From assembly GCA_012295275.1 (NCBI GenBank), contig CM022678.1, positions 5,084,001 to 5,148,000 of the forward strand: a stretch of 64,000 bases of DNA. Direction: 5' to 3'. Positions 1-13,210 of the stretch are shown here, piece after piece. A program made the translations under genes and the position numbers. The stretch comes from Chrysomallon squamiferum. Its lineage: Eukaryota > Animalia > Mollusca. Below the pieces are notes generated by a model, which saw only the letters and a program-made list of their open reading frames with translations, searched no databases and was not told the origin of the DNA. Numbering within the stretch: position 1 is the first letter of the stretch; each line of letters begins with the position of its first letter.

Positions 1-40
1 ATGTTGTAAAGAGTAATAGATGTTGGTGTGGATTATGACA

Positions 41-361
41 TTTTAAAGATGGCTGTCTGATTTTTTTCTTTCGATATATCAGGAAATTAATTTAATTGTC
101 TAGAAAAATGCAAATGTGATTGTTTTGTTATGTTTAAAATTATTCACACACATCTGTGTAATTACCAATATAAACTTCAAAAACAATTTAGTACAATCAA
201 GAAATGTGTAGGAATTTTTGATGGAGTAATGTCATTTTGAAATATACTTCGCTAGTAGAAATTTAATTCCATGCATTTGATTTGCTAATTTGCTAATATG
301 TGAGATATCGGTGGGGATAAAAAAAAAAAAAAAAAAAAAATTTAGAACGCTATCTTTAAAA
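41..361. mobile_element. Foldback/MITE-like element with inverted ends
   Basis: ttttaaagatggctgtctga (41-60) is an imperfect inverted match to tttagaacgctatctttaaaa (341-361). Paralogous to 3709-4078. Confidence 0.5.
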
Positions 362-1552
362 TGTTTAAACCTGTTTTCTTTCTTTTGTTCCTGTTACCTA
401 TATGCACTCTGAACCCGACGTAGTTCATACACGTACTTAGAATAAGTTAGTTTATATCAAACAAATAAACAAACAAATAACACACTGTCCTGCGACCCTT
501 TATGTCGAAATTACCTTAACATTTAAACCTTAGCTAAATAAGATTTTACAGTCCACTGCATGATCGAATCTCTCTTTATTTATTTTTCAATGGGTTTTTT
601 GTGCGTAACTTTATGTGAATATCTTTTTCCCTGCACCACTTTCTCTATTGAACATAATGAAAAGGTTATGGGTGTCGGATGTGTTGGTACATTGTTGTTG
701 TATTTGAGGTGACCGATTTTGTGTAACGGATTAAGCTACGGTATTGGAGATTGTGATATTATCGTCTTTTGTTGCAAATATAAATATTAAAGAAGAAACA
801 AATGTGGCAGATGAATATGCTTTTGAGGTTTACTGTCACCGGGAAGGTTTACATACACAAATTTTCTTGCTGCTATTCGATGAGAGGGTTGGTGTTTACC
901 CTCTCGTGTTAATATTAGAACAATAAGTGAGAATCTTAATAAAATTAATCAGGTTATTGAATCTATGTTTATTCTGTTACTTCTTTCTTACCCCAAAATC
1001 TCTTTCTTCTTCTATTTCTGTTATTATTAATAATAATATTACTCTTATTATTGCTGTTGTTGTTGTTTATCAACTTTATTGCTATTATTAAATTATAGAC
1101 ACTAAGTACTGTGAGTATTTATAGTTATATTCCCATACTTTATTACTATGAAAGATTGATTTATGTAAACTATGCTAGGACGGTGATAAAGTTTGATTGT
1201 GTTTTCGTTTTCTCTTTCTTCATTTTCTTTCTATTTTCTTTCCATTTGTGCTTATTTCATCTTCTTTAATTCTTTAATTCTTCTATTTTACTTCATTCAC
1301 CATTTTTCTCTCCAGTTTTATTTCTTTTTTCTTCTTCTTTTCTCTCTATCCTCCTTATTATTCGTCCTGACGCTTTACTTCATCTTACTTAAATTTTCAC
1401 AATGTGATCATGTTCATTAAACTGATTTCGATTACTGCTGTTATGTTGTTGTTGTTATTGTTAATATAGCTACTGCTATGTTATTGTTATTATTATTATT
1501 ATTATTGTTATTATTATTATTATTATTATTGTTACTATTATTATTATTATTA

Positions 1553-1584
<32 letters not shown>

Positions 1585-2528
1585 GTTATTCTTATTATTG
1601 TTGTGACTATAACTATTACTATTATTATTATAATTATTATTATTATTATTATTACTATTATTATTATATTAACAGTATTTCTTTTCTCACTGTTTTCTCA
1701 TCAAAGAAGAAAACAATAACTGTGGGATTGTTGGTAAGAGTCATTCTTTTGGATTTAGTCATATACTAAATAACTCAGACATTTTCTCTGGAATAAAAGT
1801 CTTATATATGTACTTTACAGACGTAACTTTGTTAGTATGTTTCTTGTGTACCTTGAACGTACTAAATTTACCACTATGATATTATTACTGGTGTTGCCGT
1901 TGTTGTTGCACTCAACTCCAGCGGTTCAAACTCGAGGTTAGCTTGACATTTAGTGACAGAGAGAGCATGACGTTTCGTTCGCGAATTAAGTTTTTGTCTT
2001 TCAAAATCATGGTGGTGAGGGGATATCGAATGACACAGAGAGAAAAAAGGAAAGAAAGTGAGAAACATAAGAACTAGTTCATTAATGAACAAACAAATGA
2101 AAGAAATACAAATAATAAACAAGAAAGTTAACATCCACAATTTATTAGTTGTCAAGATACAAGCAGATACACTATATTATAAGGAAGTAAATAATAAAAA
2201 AAAAAAAAAATAATAATACAAAAATAAAATAAATAAATAAATAAAGCGAACACGAACATAACAAAGAAACAAATAAAATTAACAATTTACTTTCTCACTT
2301 TGGTTTCATATTATTTACATATGTGTTTTGATACGTTTTTGACACTTATTTAATCAATTTGAGTTGCCTATGTAATGTTATTTCATTAACAGGAATGATA
2401 GTAACAGTAATAGCAGTTGTAGTAATACTGATTATAATGGTAGTAACACTAGTAGTAAACTAATAAGAATATCCTATCTTAATATGAAAACATATAATGA
2501 TTTTTCTAATTGAATAGAATCATTCTGT

Positions 2529-3527
2529 TCAGGCTGTTTTCCTCCAAAGTACGTCATGCGGCCATTTCATTATATCTTCAGGTTTCAGCTGTTTTTTAGG
2601 TGACAGAGAATCAAAAGGAACATACTTCATTTTCATCATGTCTATGATAATTTGCTTACCTTCTTTGTTCCTGTGTAGAACCCATTCCATCAGAATCCCT
2701 CGCACGTCGATTTCGGAGAAGAATTTCTTTCCTCCTCTGACTACTTGATGCTCAAGACCTTCAACGTCCATTTTTATGAAAGCTTTCTTGAATGTGACAA
2801 AAGTGAGCACGTCATCCAACGTTGCCGTCTGAAACGACATAGATTGCTTGCACAACGACGACGACGTAGATGCGTTCGGTGAAGCCTTACGATTAACAAA
2901 GGCACTGGATAGTGGATTTGTGAATGAAAGAATTCCGTGTCCGTCTGAAATAGGATTGAGAACAAGTTTGACGTTGTTGGTTAAACCGCCACGTTCAACA
3001 GACTTGCAGAGTCGTTGAAGATTGTCAGGCAAAACTTCCATGGCAACTACCTTTCTACCAGACTTCGCCACCTGGAGAGTGAAAAGTCCAATGTGAGAGC
3101 CGATATCAAGAAATCCCATTCTGGGATCTGCTTTCATTTCATCCAGTACAAGATTTATATGTTCGGGTTCCCACATCTGTTTGTTAAGCAGCCTTTTCGA
3201 TAACCAGGTGTCTTTCTGTGGACTGTGAACAAATATTGGAGTTTCTCCAGCGTTAGTTTTTAACATGACACACAAAGGAAGATCTGCCCATTTACAAAAG
3301 TTTATTTCCATTTTCCAGCCCAGTCTGTCCCATCTGTAGACCGGAGTTTGTCCTGGTGGAAATGTGACAGGTAGGTTTAGTCTTTCGGGACATTTTGCTT
3401 CGTTTGGCAAAATTTTCATAATAATGTTTGTTTTACGAAATAACATATTTTCTATGAACAGCGTTGCCATAACTACCAGGCATAGTTTTGCGACTGCGGA
3501 AAAGATCTGAATCTTGTTATTTGCCAT
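2529..3527 (-). CDS. FkbM-family (Methyltransf_21-like) SAM-dependent methyltransferase, type II membrane-anchored, copy 1 (332 aa, single coding exon)
   Basis: Motif I FLDIGSHIG, VVAMEVLPDN and FIKMDVEGLE, typical of the FkbM family. Hydrophobic N-terminal segment LCLVVMATLFI. A ttgcag acceptor lies 10 nt upstream of the ATG (exon starts at 3537). Confidence 0.9.
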   Translation of the reverse strand: MANNKIQIFSAVAKLCLVVMATLFIENMLFRKTNIIMKILPNEAKCPERLNLPVTFPPGQTPVYRWDRLGWKMEINFCKWADLPLCVMLKTNAGETPIFVHSPQKDTWLSKRLLNKQMWEPEHINLVLDEMKADPRMGFLDIGSHIGLFTLQVAKSGRKVVAMEVLPDNLQRLCKSVERGGLTNNVKLVLNPISDGHGILSFTNPLSSAFVNRKASPNASTSSSLCKQSMSFQTATLDDVLTFVTFKKAFIKMDVEGLEHQVVRGGKKFFSEIDVRGILMEWVLHRNKEGKQIIIDMMKMKYVPFDSLSPKKQLKPEDIMKWPHDVLWRKTA

Positions 3528-3541
3528 TTTTCAACGTCTGC

Positions 3542-3585
<44 letters not shown>

Positions 3586-3708
3586 CAACAACAAGATCAA
3601 TAAGAATAACAATAAAAGTAACAACGACTGCATCAACAATAATTAACAATGGCTGATGTTAACGAAGATGGTGTAAACAGTAATAGATGTTGGTGTGGAT
3701 TATGACAG

Positions 3709-4078
3709 TTTAAAGATGGCGATCTGATTTTTTCTTCAGATATATCAGGCAATTAGTTTAATTGTCTAAAATTGTCTAGAAGCATGCAAATATGATTGTT
3801 TTTTATGTTTAAAATTATTCACAAACATCTGTGTAATTACAAATATTTACTTTTAAAAACAATTTAGTACACTGAAGAAAATTGTTGGATGTGTTGATGG
3901 AGTAATGTCATATTCAAATGTAATAGCAATTTAATTCCATACCTTTAATTTTTTTAGTCGTCTCATGGATGGAATTAAATTTCTATTAGAAAAGTACATT
4001 TCTATCTTATTTGCTGATATGTGAGATATCGAGGGAAAAAAAGAAAAGAAAATTAAAGTCAGACCGCCATCTTTAAAA
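3709..4078. mobile_element. Foldback/MITE-like element
   Basis: tttaaagatggcgatctga (3709) pairs with tcagaccgccatctttaaa (4059-4077). An inner inverted pair, aatagcaatttaattccat / atggaattaaatttctatt, lies at about 3920-3990. Confidence 0.6.
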
Positions 4079-6488
4079 TGTTTAAACCTGTTTCTTTCTT
4101 TTGTTCCTGTTACCTATATACACACTGAACCCGACATCGTCGTTCATACACGTACTTAGAATAAGTTAGACTGTATTAAATAAATAAACAAACAAATAAC
4201 TAACTAACTAACTAACTAACTAAATAACTAAATAAATAAATAAATAATCGTAACAAACCGACGAGACAAAGAAACGATTAATTAATTATTCAGTTAGGTT
4301 ACCTGCTTAATTTTTTTCTCCTTCCCTTTTTATTCTCCACTCACGTACGATCCTGCATGTGGAAGTCAACTTAACATTTGAAACTTTTCCATCTGAACAC
4401 AGCAGAAGGTTTTCGCGGCCCCGTGCCTGAACAGTTTACAATACTCTTTATTCTTTTTATCATTATTATTCATAACTTCATGCTAATATCTGTTTTCATC
4501 TAGTGAGCATGCTGAAAATATTATGGGTGTGTTTATTCTTTTTATCATTTTTATACTTAAGTTTTCCATCTGAACACTCCAGAAGCTGTACGCTGCATGA
4601 ACTGGGTGTCTCGATTTACCGTAACCCTATTATTTTATCATTATTACACATAACGTCATGTGAATATCTCCTTTCCTCTCTCCCACTTTCTCTACTGAAC
4701 ATGATGAAAAGGTTATGGGTGTTGGATGTGTAATGCATTGTTGTTGTATTTGAGGTCAACGGTTTTTCAAAACGCATTAAATCACGATATTCGAGATTGT
4801 GATATTATCGTCTTTTGTTGCAAATATAAATATTAAAGAAGAAACAAATGTGGCAGATGAATATGCTTTTGTGGTTTACTGTCAGCGGGAAGGTTTACAT
4901 ACACAAATTTTCTTGCTGCTATTCGATGAGAGGGTTGCTGTTTACCCTCTCGTGTTAATTTTAGAACAATAAGTGAGAATCTTAATAAAATTGATCAGGT
5001 TATTGAATATTTCTTTATTCTGTTACTTCTTTCTTCAGCCTAAATCTCTTTCTTCTTCTTCTGTTATTATTAATAATGTTATTTTTGTTATTGCTGTTCT
5101 TGTTGTTTATTAACTTTATTGCTATTATTAAATTATAGACACTAAGTACTGTGAGTATTTATGGTTGTATTGATATACTTGATTACTATAAAAGATTGAT
5201 TTATGCAAACTATGATAGGTCGGTGATAAAGTTTCATTATGTTTCTGTTTTGTTTTTCTTCATTTTCTTCCTCTTTTCTTTCCTGTTTCCTCTTTTTCAT
5301 TTTTTTTTTCCCATTTTTCTTCTGTTTTCCTACGGTTCATCTTTAATTCTTCAATTTTACTTCATTCACCTTTTTTGTGTCCAGTTTTATTTCTTTGTTC
5401 TTCTTCTTTTCTCTCTATCCTCTTTATTATTCGTCCTAAGGCTTTACTTCTTCACCTGAGTTAAATTGTCACAATGTGATCATGTTCATTAAACAGATTT
5501 CGATTATTGCTTTTGTTGTTGGATGCTGTTATTATTATTATCATTATTACTATTATTATTATTATTATTATTACTCTTATTATTATTATTATTATTATCA
5601 TTATTATTATTATTACTATTATTATTATTATATTAACAGTATTTCTGTTTCCACTTTTTTCTCACAAAAGAAGAAAACAATAACTGTGCGATTGTTGGTC
5701 AGAGTTATTCTGTTGGATTCAATCATATACTAAATAACTCAGACATTTTCTCTGGAATAAAAGTCGTATATTAATACTTTACACACGTAACGTTGTTATC
5801 ATGTTTCTTGTGTACCTTAAATGTACTAAATTTACCACTATGATATTATCACTGGTGTTGCCGTTGTTGTTGCACTCAACTGCAGCGCTTAAAACTCGAG
5901 GTTAGCTTGACATTTGGTGAGAGAGAGAGCATGACGTTTCGTTCGCGAATTAAGTTTTTGTCTTTCAAAATCATGGTGGTGAGGGGATATCGAATGACAC
6001 AGAGAGAAAAAAGGAAAGAAAGTGAGAAACATAAGAACTAGTTCATTAATGAACAAACAAATGAAAGAAATACAAATAATAAACAAGAAAGTTAACATCC
6101 ACAATTTATTAGTTGTCAAGATACAAGCAGATACACTATATTATAAGGAAGTAAATAATTAAAAAAAAAAAAAATAATAAAAAAAAAAATAAATAAATAA
6201 ATAAAGCGAACACGAACATAACAAAGAAACAAATAAAATTAACAATTTACTTTCTCACTTTGGTTTCATATTATTTACATATGTGTTTTGATACGTTTTT
6301 GACACTTATTTAATCAATTTGAGTTGCCTATGTAATGTTATTTCATTAACAGGAATGATAGTAACAGTAATAGCAGTTGTAGTAATACTGATTATAATGG
6401 TAGTAACACTAGTAGTAAACTAATAAGAATATCCTATCTTAATATGAAAACATATAATGATTTTTCTAATTGAATAGAATCATTCTGT

Positions 6489-7487
6489 TCAGGCTGTTTT
6501 CCTCCAAAGTACGTCATGCGGCCATTTCATTATATCTTCCGGTTTCAGCTGTTTTTTAGGTGACAGAGAATCAAAAGGAACATACTTCATTTTCATCATG
6601 TCTTCGATAAACTTTTTACCTTCTTTGTTCTTGTGCATAAACCATTCCATCAGAATCCCTCGCACGTCGATTTCGGAGAAGAATTTCTTTCCTCCTCTGA
6701 CTACTTGAAGCTCAAAACCTTCAACGTCCATTTTTATGAAAGCTTTCTTGAATGTGACAAAAGTGAGCACGTCATCCAACGTTGTCGACTGAAACGACAT
6801 AGATTCCTTGCACAACGACGACGACGTAGATGCGTTCGGTGAAGCCTTGCGATTAGGAAAGGCACAGGATTGTGGATTTGTGAATGAAAGAATTCCGTGT
6901 CCGTCAGAAATAGGATTGAGAATAAGTTTGACGTTGTTGGTTAAACCGCCACGTTCAACAGACTTGCAGAGTCGTTGATGATTGTCAGGCAAAACTTCTA
7001 TTGCAACTACCTTCCTACCAGACTTCGCCACGTGGAGAGTGAAAAGTCCAATGTGAGAGCCAATATCAAGAAATCCAATACTGGGATCTGCTTTCATTTC
7101 ATCCAGTACAAGATTTATATGTTCGGGTTCCCACATCTGTTTGTTAAGCAGCCTTTTCGATAACCAGTTGTCTTTCTGTGGACTGTGAACAAATATTGGA
7201 GTTTCTCCAGCGTTAGTTTTTAACATGACACACAAAGGAAGATCTGCCCATTTACAAAAGTTTATTTCCATTTTCCAGCCCAGTCCGTCCCATCTATAGA
7301 CCGGAGTTTGTCCTGGTGGAAATGTGACAGGTAGGTTTAGTCTTTCGGGACATTTTGCTTCGTTTGGCAAAATTTTCATAATATAGTTGTTTTTATGAAA
7401 TAACATATTTTCTATAAGGAGCGTTGCTATAACGAGGATGCATAGTTTTGCGGCTCCAGAAAAGCTCTGCTTCGTATTATTCGCCAT
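6489..7487 (-). CDS. FkbM-family methyltransferase, copy 2 (332 aa)
   Basis: Same motifs (FLDIGSHIG, IKMDVEGFE) and colinear with copy 1 without indels. Acceptor 10 nt upstream of the ATG (exon starts at 7497). Confidence 0.9.
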   Translation of the reverse strand: MANNTKQSFSGAAKLCILVIATLLIENMLFHKNNYIMKILPNEAKCPERLNLPVTFPPGQTPVYRWDGLGWKMEINFCKWADLPLCVMLKTNAGETPIFVHSPQKDNWLSKRLLNKQMWEPEHINLVLDEMKADPSIGFLDIGSHIGLFTLHVAKSGRKVVAIEVLPDNHQRLCKSVERGGLTNNVKLILNPISDGHGILSFTNPQSCAFPNRKASPNASTSSSLCKESMSFQSTTLDDVLTFVTFKKAFIKMDVEGFELQVVRGGKKFFSEIDVRGILMEWFMHKNKEGKKFIEDMMKMKYVPFDSLSPKKQLKPEDIMKWPHDVLWRKTA

Positions 7488-8125
7488 TTTTCAGCGTCTG
7501 CAAGAAATAATAATAACAATAATAACGATGATGATGCTAATAATAATAATAGTAGTAATAATAATAATAATAAAGAACTTATAATTGCAATAAGAGGATT
7601 AACAATAATAATTATAACAATAATTACAACATCGATCACAATCAAAGCGACAACAACATCAATAATCATCGTTATTATTTGTGACCTATACATTTACAAT
7701 TTTTCCAGTTCATCGTGGCAAAAGTTTGTCAGATGGTGTCAGTTTACTGTAGTCTTTATTCTTTTTATCATTATTATACATAACTTTACGTGAATATCTC
7801 TTTTCCTCTGTCTCACATTCTCTGTCTCGCATGATGAAAATGTTATGGGTGTTGGGACTGTGGTGTGTTGTTGGTGTTGTCGTTGTTGTCACTGGTTTTA
7901 CAAGTCTAATTAAGTAACGATATTCGAGATTGTGATATTGTGGTCTTCTGTTGCAGATACCAAATTTTAAAGAAGAAACAAATGTGGCAGATGAATACGC
8001 TTTAAAACACTGATGTCCCGATCTAGCTTTGATGTGTTATGATTTTCATATCAGCGGGAAGGTTTACATCCACAAATTTCTTACGGCCGTGTTTATGATG
8101 CCTGAGCTGAAATAATGTGGTGTGT

Positions 8126-8187
<62 letters not shown>

Positions 8188-8896
8188 TAAATATAAATAT
8201 ATATCGTACAGCTGAAAGAGAGACAAATATGCCTATATTTTACAAAGGATAATCAATGGACATTTCTTTATATTTTAAATTGCTGTGCGGTTGGTAGATG
8301 AGAGTGCGTTTTGATTTTAATTTTTTTTTTTTTTTTGGTTTTTTTTAGTTTTAATTTTTGATTGTCAACATAGGGAAATTTAATAATAGTCATTAATAAC
8401 TTAGCGTTTTATTATGTTTTGTTTTTTTCCGTAACTTGAGTGTAGTAAATTTACCACCACGGATATTAATACTATTGTAGTTGTTGTTTCTCATAACTAC
8501 GGGGCTTCAATCTCAACGTTAGAGAGATAAAATAAGAATAATAATAAAACAAAGATAACTGGCTGTATCAAAAAACACGAGATGTATTTTTTTTTTCTCG
8601 GAGCAGCAAAAATGTCTTATTTTAATCACGATACGCAGAAAAGAATACAGTCAAGCTTCTTTAAAACGCTCCCATGCGGTATAACGCCATCCCCATTTTG
8701 CCGCTCTCCGCAATCCGCTTCCGCTCTCCGCAGTCCGCAAACAGTTCTCCGCTAAACTTTCGGACAACAGATTAACGCAGACGATGTGTAAAATTACCCA
8801 GTAAACAGCCATCAACCGATCTTGTACATAATTCACCAAGCAAACCGGTTTCATTTTGCATTATATTTGATGAATGAAAATAATATATTTTTGTGT

Positions 8897-8927
<31 letters not shown>

Positions 8928-9002
8928 CAAAAACTATAGAGCAAAAAAGAACTTGATATGGCACAACCGAAAATACTTTTAACATGGTACCGTTAGTATT
9001 AT

Positions 9003-9234
<232 letters not shown>

Positions 9235-10791
9235 AACGTTTTTCGACTTTCAAAATCATGGTGATGCGGGGGTATCGAGTGAGAAAGAAATACTGAAAGA
9301 AAGGAAGAAACATAAGAACTAGTCTATTAACGAACAAAGTAAACAAATAAATACATAATTAATTAAAAGAAATTAAAAATCTAAAATAAATAATGCATAC
9401 GACAAATAAACAAGTTAAGATCACCGATTTATTAGACTTTTATCCCCAGTTCAGATACAAACAGATTCACTATATTACAAACAAACAAATAAAAAATAAA
9501 AAAAAATAAAAATAAAAAAAATAATACAAAATAAAAACGATAAAAATAATTTAAAAAATTAATAATAATAAATAAATAAATAGAGAAAAAAAGAAACATA
9601 AAGCCAACAGCAACATAACAAACAAATAAAATTAACAATTTATTTTCTAAGTTTGGTTTATTATTATTTACAAATGTATGTTGATAAGCTTTTCAGTTTG
9701 AAATGTTAAAACTAGACAAGTTTCAATGTCTACACTCATTTAATCAGTTTGAGATGCCTGTTTAATATTACTAGTATTAGTATTAGCAGTAATATCAATA
9801 GTAATAAACTAATAAGAATATTCATTTATATTCACTTTGAGAATATTGTCAAATTTTGATTGTGTCCAACGAACAAAATAAATTTAGTAAATGAATCTAC
9901 TCTACAGTGAAGGTTAAAATATACTCAAGTCCGATGATTATATTGATATATGTTGATATATTCATTAAACATAAACGACAAAAAAGATGGTTACATAAAC
10001 ATGCACATAGATTTGACGCTAGAATTGTTTCTCCAGACACATTAGGATGAAGTGAGGTTTTGTAAATGTGAAATTAGACAATACGACAGAGCCAAGCCAT
10101 TGTAACGAGAATAAAAATATTAAAACAAAATTAAAAAATAGATTAAACATCAACATGTATACATCGATTTTCTTTTTTTTGTAACGAAACAGGGCCTTTA
10201 ACAAAATATTTTATGCACATGATTAAACTATTGACCAAAAGTTTAAATTCTCATGTTTGTTGCTTCCTCGAAGTGTCGAAACGTCTAATTAAGTCGGTTT
10301 ATCAGTTTCACTATTTACTGTACACGTGATTGTGGAGAGACATTTTATCATGTCCTTCCCAGTTAATTTCATTCGTATACAAGTTTTAAAGCACTGTGCT
10401 TAGTGTCAAACCATAAACAGTTTTTATAAACCTGTATACAAGTTAAATAAACTGAGACGGGCATACTGATTGACTGAACATAATTATAATTTACAAACCT
10501 ACGTAACCAGAAGCTAGAGCCTCGATAAAGCAGGCTGCAAGTAATTGTAAACAAACATAAGAATAAAACTTTTGTTAAACTTTACCTCGCATCATATCTG
10601 ATATAGGATAAATGATTATCGTGTTAATGATTATAAATGATTAAATGTATTTAAAAAAATAAATAATAAAATAAAATAAATAAAAAAGAAAGTAGGAATG
10701 CTACGGAGACTCTTCCTAGTTCGGGCAGTGTCTGTATTTATTGAATATGAAAACATTTAATGATTTTTCTAATTGAATAGAATCATTCTGT

Positions 10792-11790
10792 TCAGGCTGT
10801 TTTCCTCCAAAGTACGTCATGCGGCCAATTCATTATATCTTCCGGTTTCAGCTGTTTTTTGGGTGACAGAGAATCAAAAGGAACATAGTTCATTTTCATC
10901 ATATCTTCGATAATCTTTTCACCTTCTTTGTTCCTGTGTAGAACCCATTCCATCAGAATCCCTCGCACGTCGATTTCGGAGAAGAATTTCTTTCCTCCTC
11001 TGACTACTTGATGCTCAAAACCTTCAACGTCCATTTTTATGAAAGCTTTCTTGAACATGACAAAAGTGAGCACGTCATCCAACGTTGCCGTCTGAAACGA
11101 CAGAGATTCCCTGCACAACGACGACGACGTAGATGCGTTCGGTGAAGCCTTGCGATTAAGAAAGGCACTGGATTGTGGATTTGTGAATAAAAGAATTCCG
11201 TGTCCGTCTGAAATAGGATTGAGAATAAGTTTGATGTTGTTGGTTAAACCGCCACGTTCAACAGACTTGCAGAGTCGTTGAAGATTGTCAGGCAAAACTT
11301 CCATTGCAACTACCTTCCTACCAGACTTCGCCACGTGGAGAGTGAAAAGTCCAATGTGAGAGCCGATATCAAGAAATCCCATACTGGGATCTGCTTTCAT
11401 TTCATCCAGTACAAGATTTATATTTTCAGCTTCCCACGGCTGTTTGTTAAGCAGCCTTTTCGATAACCAATTGTCTTTCTGTGGATTGTGAACAAATATT
11501 GGAGTTTCTCCAGCGTTAGTTTTTAACATGACACAATGAGAAAAATCTGCCCATTTACAAAAGTTTATTTCCATTTTCCAGCCCAGTCCGTCCCATCTGT
11601 AGACCGGAGTTTGTCCTGGTGGAAATGTGACATGTAGGTTTAGACTTTCGGGACATTTTGCTTCATTTGGCAAAATGTTCTTAATACAGTTCCTTTTGTG
11701 AAATAACATATTTTCTATGAGCAGCGTTGCCATAGCAACCAGGCATAGTTTTGCGGCTCCAGAAATAAACTGCTTCTTATTATTCGCCAT
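10792..11790 (-). CDS. FkbM-family methyltransferase, copy 3 (332 aa)
   Basis: Same motifs and colinear with copies 1 and 2. A ctgcag acceptor lies 10 nt upstream of the ATG (exon starts at 11800). Confidence 0.9.
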   Translation of the reverse strand: MANNKKQFISGAAKLCLVAMATLLIENMLFHKRNCIKNILPNEAKCPESLNLHVTFPPGQTPVYRWDGLGWKMEINFCKWADFSHCVMLKTNAGETPIFVHNPQKDNWLSKRLLNKQPWEAENINLVLDEMKADPSMGFLDIGSHIGLFTLHVAKSGRKVVAMEVLPDNLQRLCKSVERGGLTNNIKLILNPISDGHGILLFTNPQSSAFLNRKASPNASTSSSLCRESLSFQTATLDDVLTFVMFKKAFIKMDVEGFEHQVVRGGKKFFSEIDVRGILMEWVLHRNKEGEKIIEDMMKMNYVPFDSLSPKKQLKPEDIMNWPHDVLWRKTA

Positions 11791-11805
11791 TTTTAAGCGT
11801 CTGCA

Positions 11806-11862
<57 letters not shown>

Positions 11863-11885
11863 GTAATAACAATAATAGTAATAAC

Positions 11886-11920
<35 letters not shown>

Positions 11921-12332
11921 TAAATATAATATTAATGATGATGATGATGATAATGACGGTGGTAATAATAAATATAAAAATAATGATGATGATGATAATA
12001 ATAATAATGATTATGATGATGTTGAGGATGGTATTATATTTATCAATAATAATCGTGATGATGAAGATAGTAATGATGACTTATGGTAATAACAGGAACG
12101 GTAAATTCCAAGGGAGAGACAAATGTTGATATCATTCTGAGAATATACACACACTTCTGGTTTTCAAATATTCACGCCTTTTAAAAATGAAGTAAAATAA
12201 AATAAAACAAAATAAAATTAACTTACGTTTTTGTTGTTTGTTTTGGGGTTGGTTTTTTTTCCTAAATGAATTTCCGATGTATTGTGCGATTATATTCGCT
12301 AACACGTCTCCGACTGTTGCTGGCACCCAGAG

Positions 12333-12378
12333 GTTAGCTCCACCCAATGATCGTAGCACGTGACGTTAGCTCCGCCCA
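12333..12378. promoter_or_regulatory. Motif cluster: gttagctcc(a/g)ccca direct repeat enclosing CCAAT, CACGTG, TGACGT and CCGCCC
   Basis: Motifs read directly from a short GC-richer island about 550 nt upstream of the copy 3 ATG. Function not shown. Confidence 0.3.
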
Positions 12379-12595
12379 TTTTAAAATGATATACAGTGAT
12401 AGTCAGCTATTTTAATGGTGCAGATCAGTATCATAAAACCAGTCTTTTAAATGCACAGTAGCAACAGGCGTAGTAAATATTGTAACATGTGTTTAGTCGT
12501 ACTGAGTACACTGCAGTGAAATTAACTTTGAAACTTTTTTTCTTTTTTTGGTCAGATTATATGCAAATACAGGTCTGGGCGTAATCAACAGACTG

Positions 12596-12847
12596 ACGGA
12601 AATAAATTTCTATTATTGATGTACATTTGGAAATTAGATTACTCCATCATTAAATCTAACATTTTTTTTTTGTGGACTGTACTAAATCGTTTTTAAAATA
12701 TATACGGGTAATTATATATCTGCAAGTGAATAACAGGACAAAGCAGTGCTGTTTGAATGTTTCTAGATAATTTTAGGCTGGAGTTATAATTACTTCGCCG
12801 ATATCTGCTATACTGGAGATAAAGAGGTCAGACGTCCATCTTTAAAA
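12596..12847. mobile_element. Right arm of the same foldback element
   Basis: Reverse-complement match to ~3710-3940 (ttactccatca, gtactaaatcgtttttaaaa). Ends in tcagacgtccatctttaaaa. Confidence 0.55.
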
Positions 12848-13210
12848 TATTTAAACATGGCCGCCAAAGGGGCACATAGCTACCAATTTCATACTGGTTA
12901 ATTCAGTTATCATTCTTAAATTATCATGTCATTAAAAAAAATAAAATAAATTATCAGATTGATTCTTCAATCGCGATGGTTCCACAGAAAATATTTTACA
13001 CAAGTTATTCACAGAATGTCACTCTCAAAATATGGATGATGATCTGCAAGTCTATTAGTATGTAAAGATGTCTGAATTTTAACGAAGACATCTTGTTTCG
13101 TGTTGATCATGAACAGTAGTGAAAGCACGAGGAGTTGTTTTTTTGTTTGTTTTTTTGTTTTGTTTTTTGTAAGAAGGAAAATACACTACACCTCACCTAC
13201 ACAAGAGTCG

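Noticed and set aside
1874-2155. Duplicated hydrophobic ORF MTTNKLWMLTF... (also 5889-6119)
   Set aside because: Non-ATG start, T-rich 3' flank, different stops between copies; identity is explained by the segmental duplication.
2529-3527. Bacterial contamination or recent HGT of FkbM genes
   Set aside because: Embedded in microsatellite-rich host DNA with splice acceptors and a membrane anchor; FkbM-like genes are known in invertebrates. Ancient transfer cannot be tested without a phylogeny.
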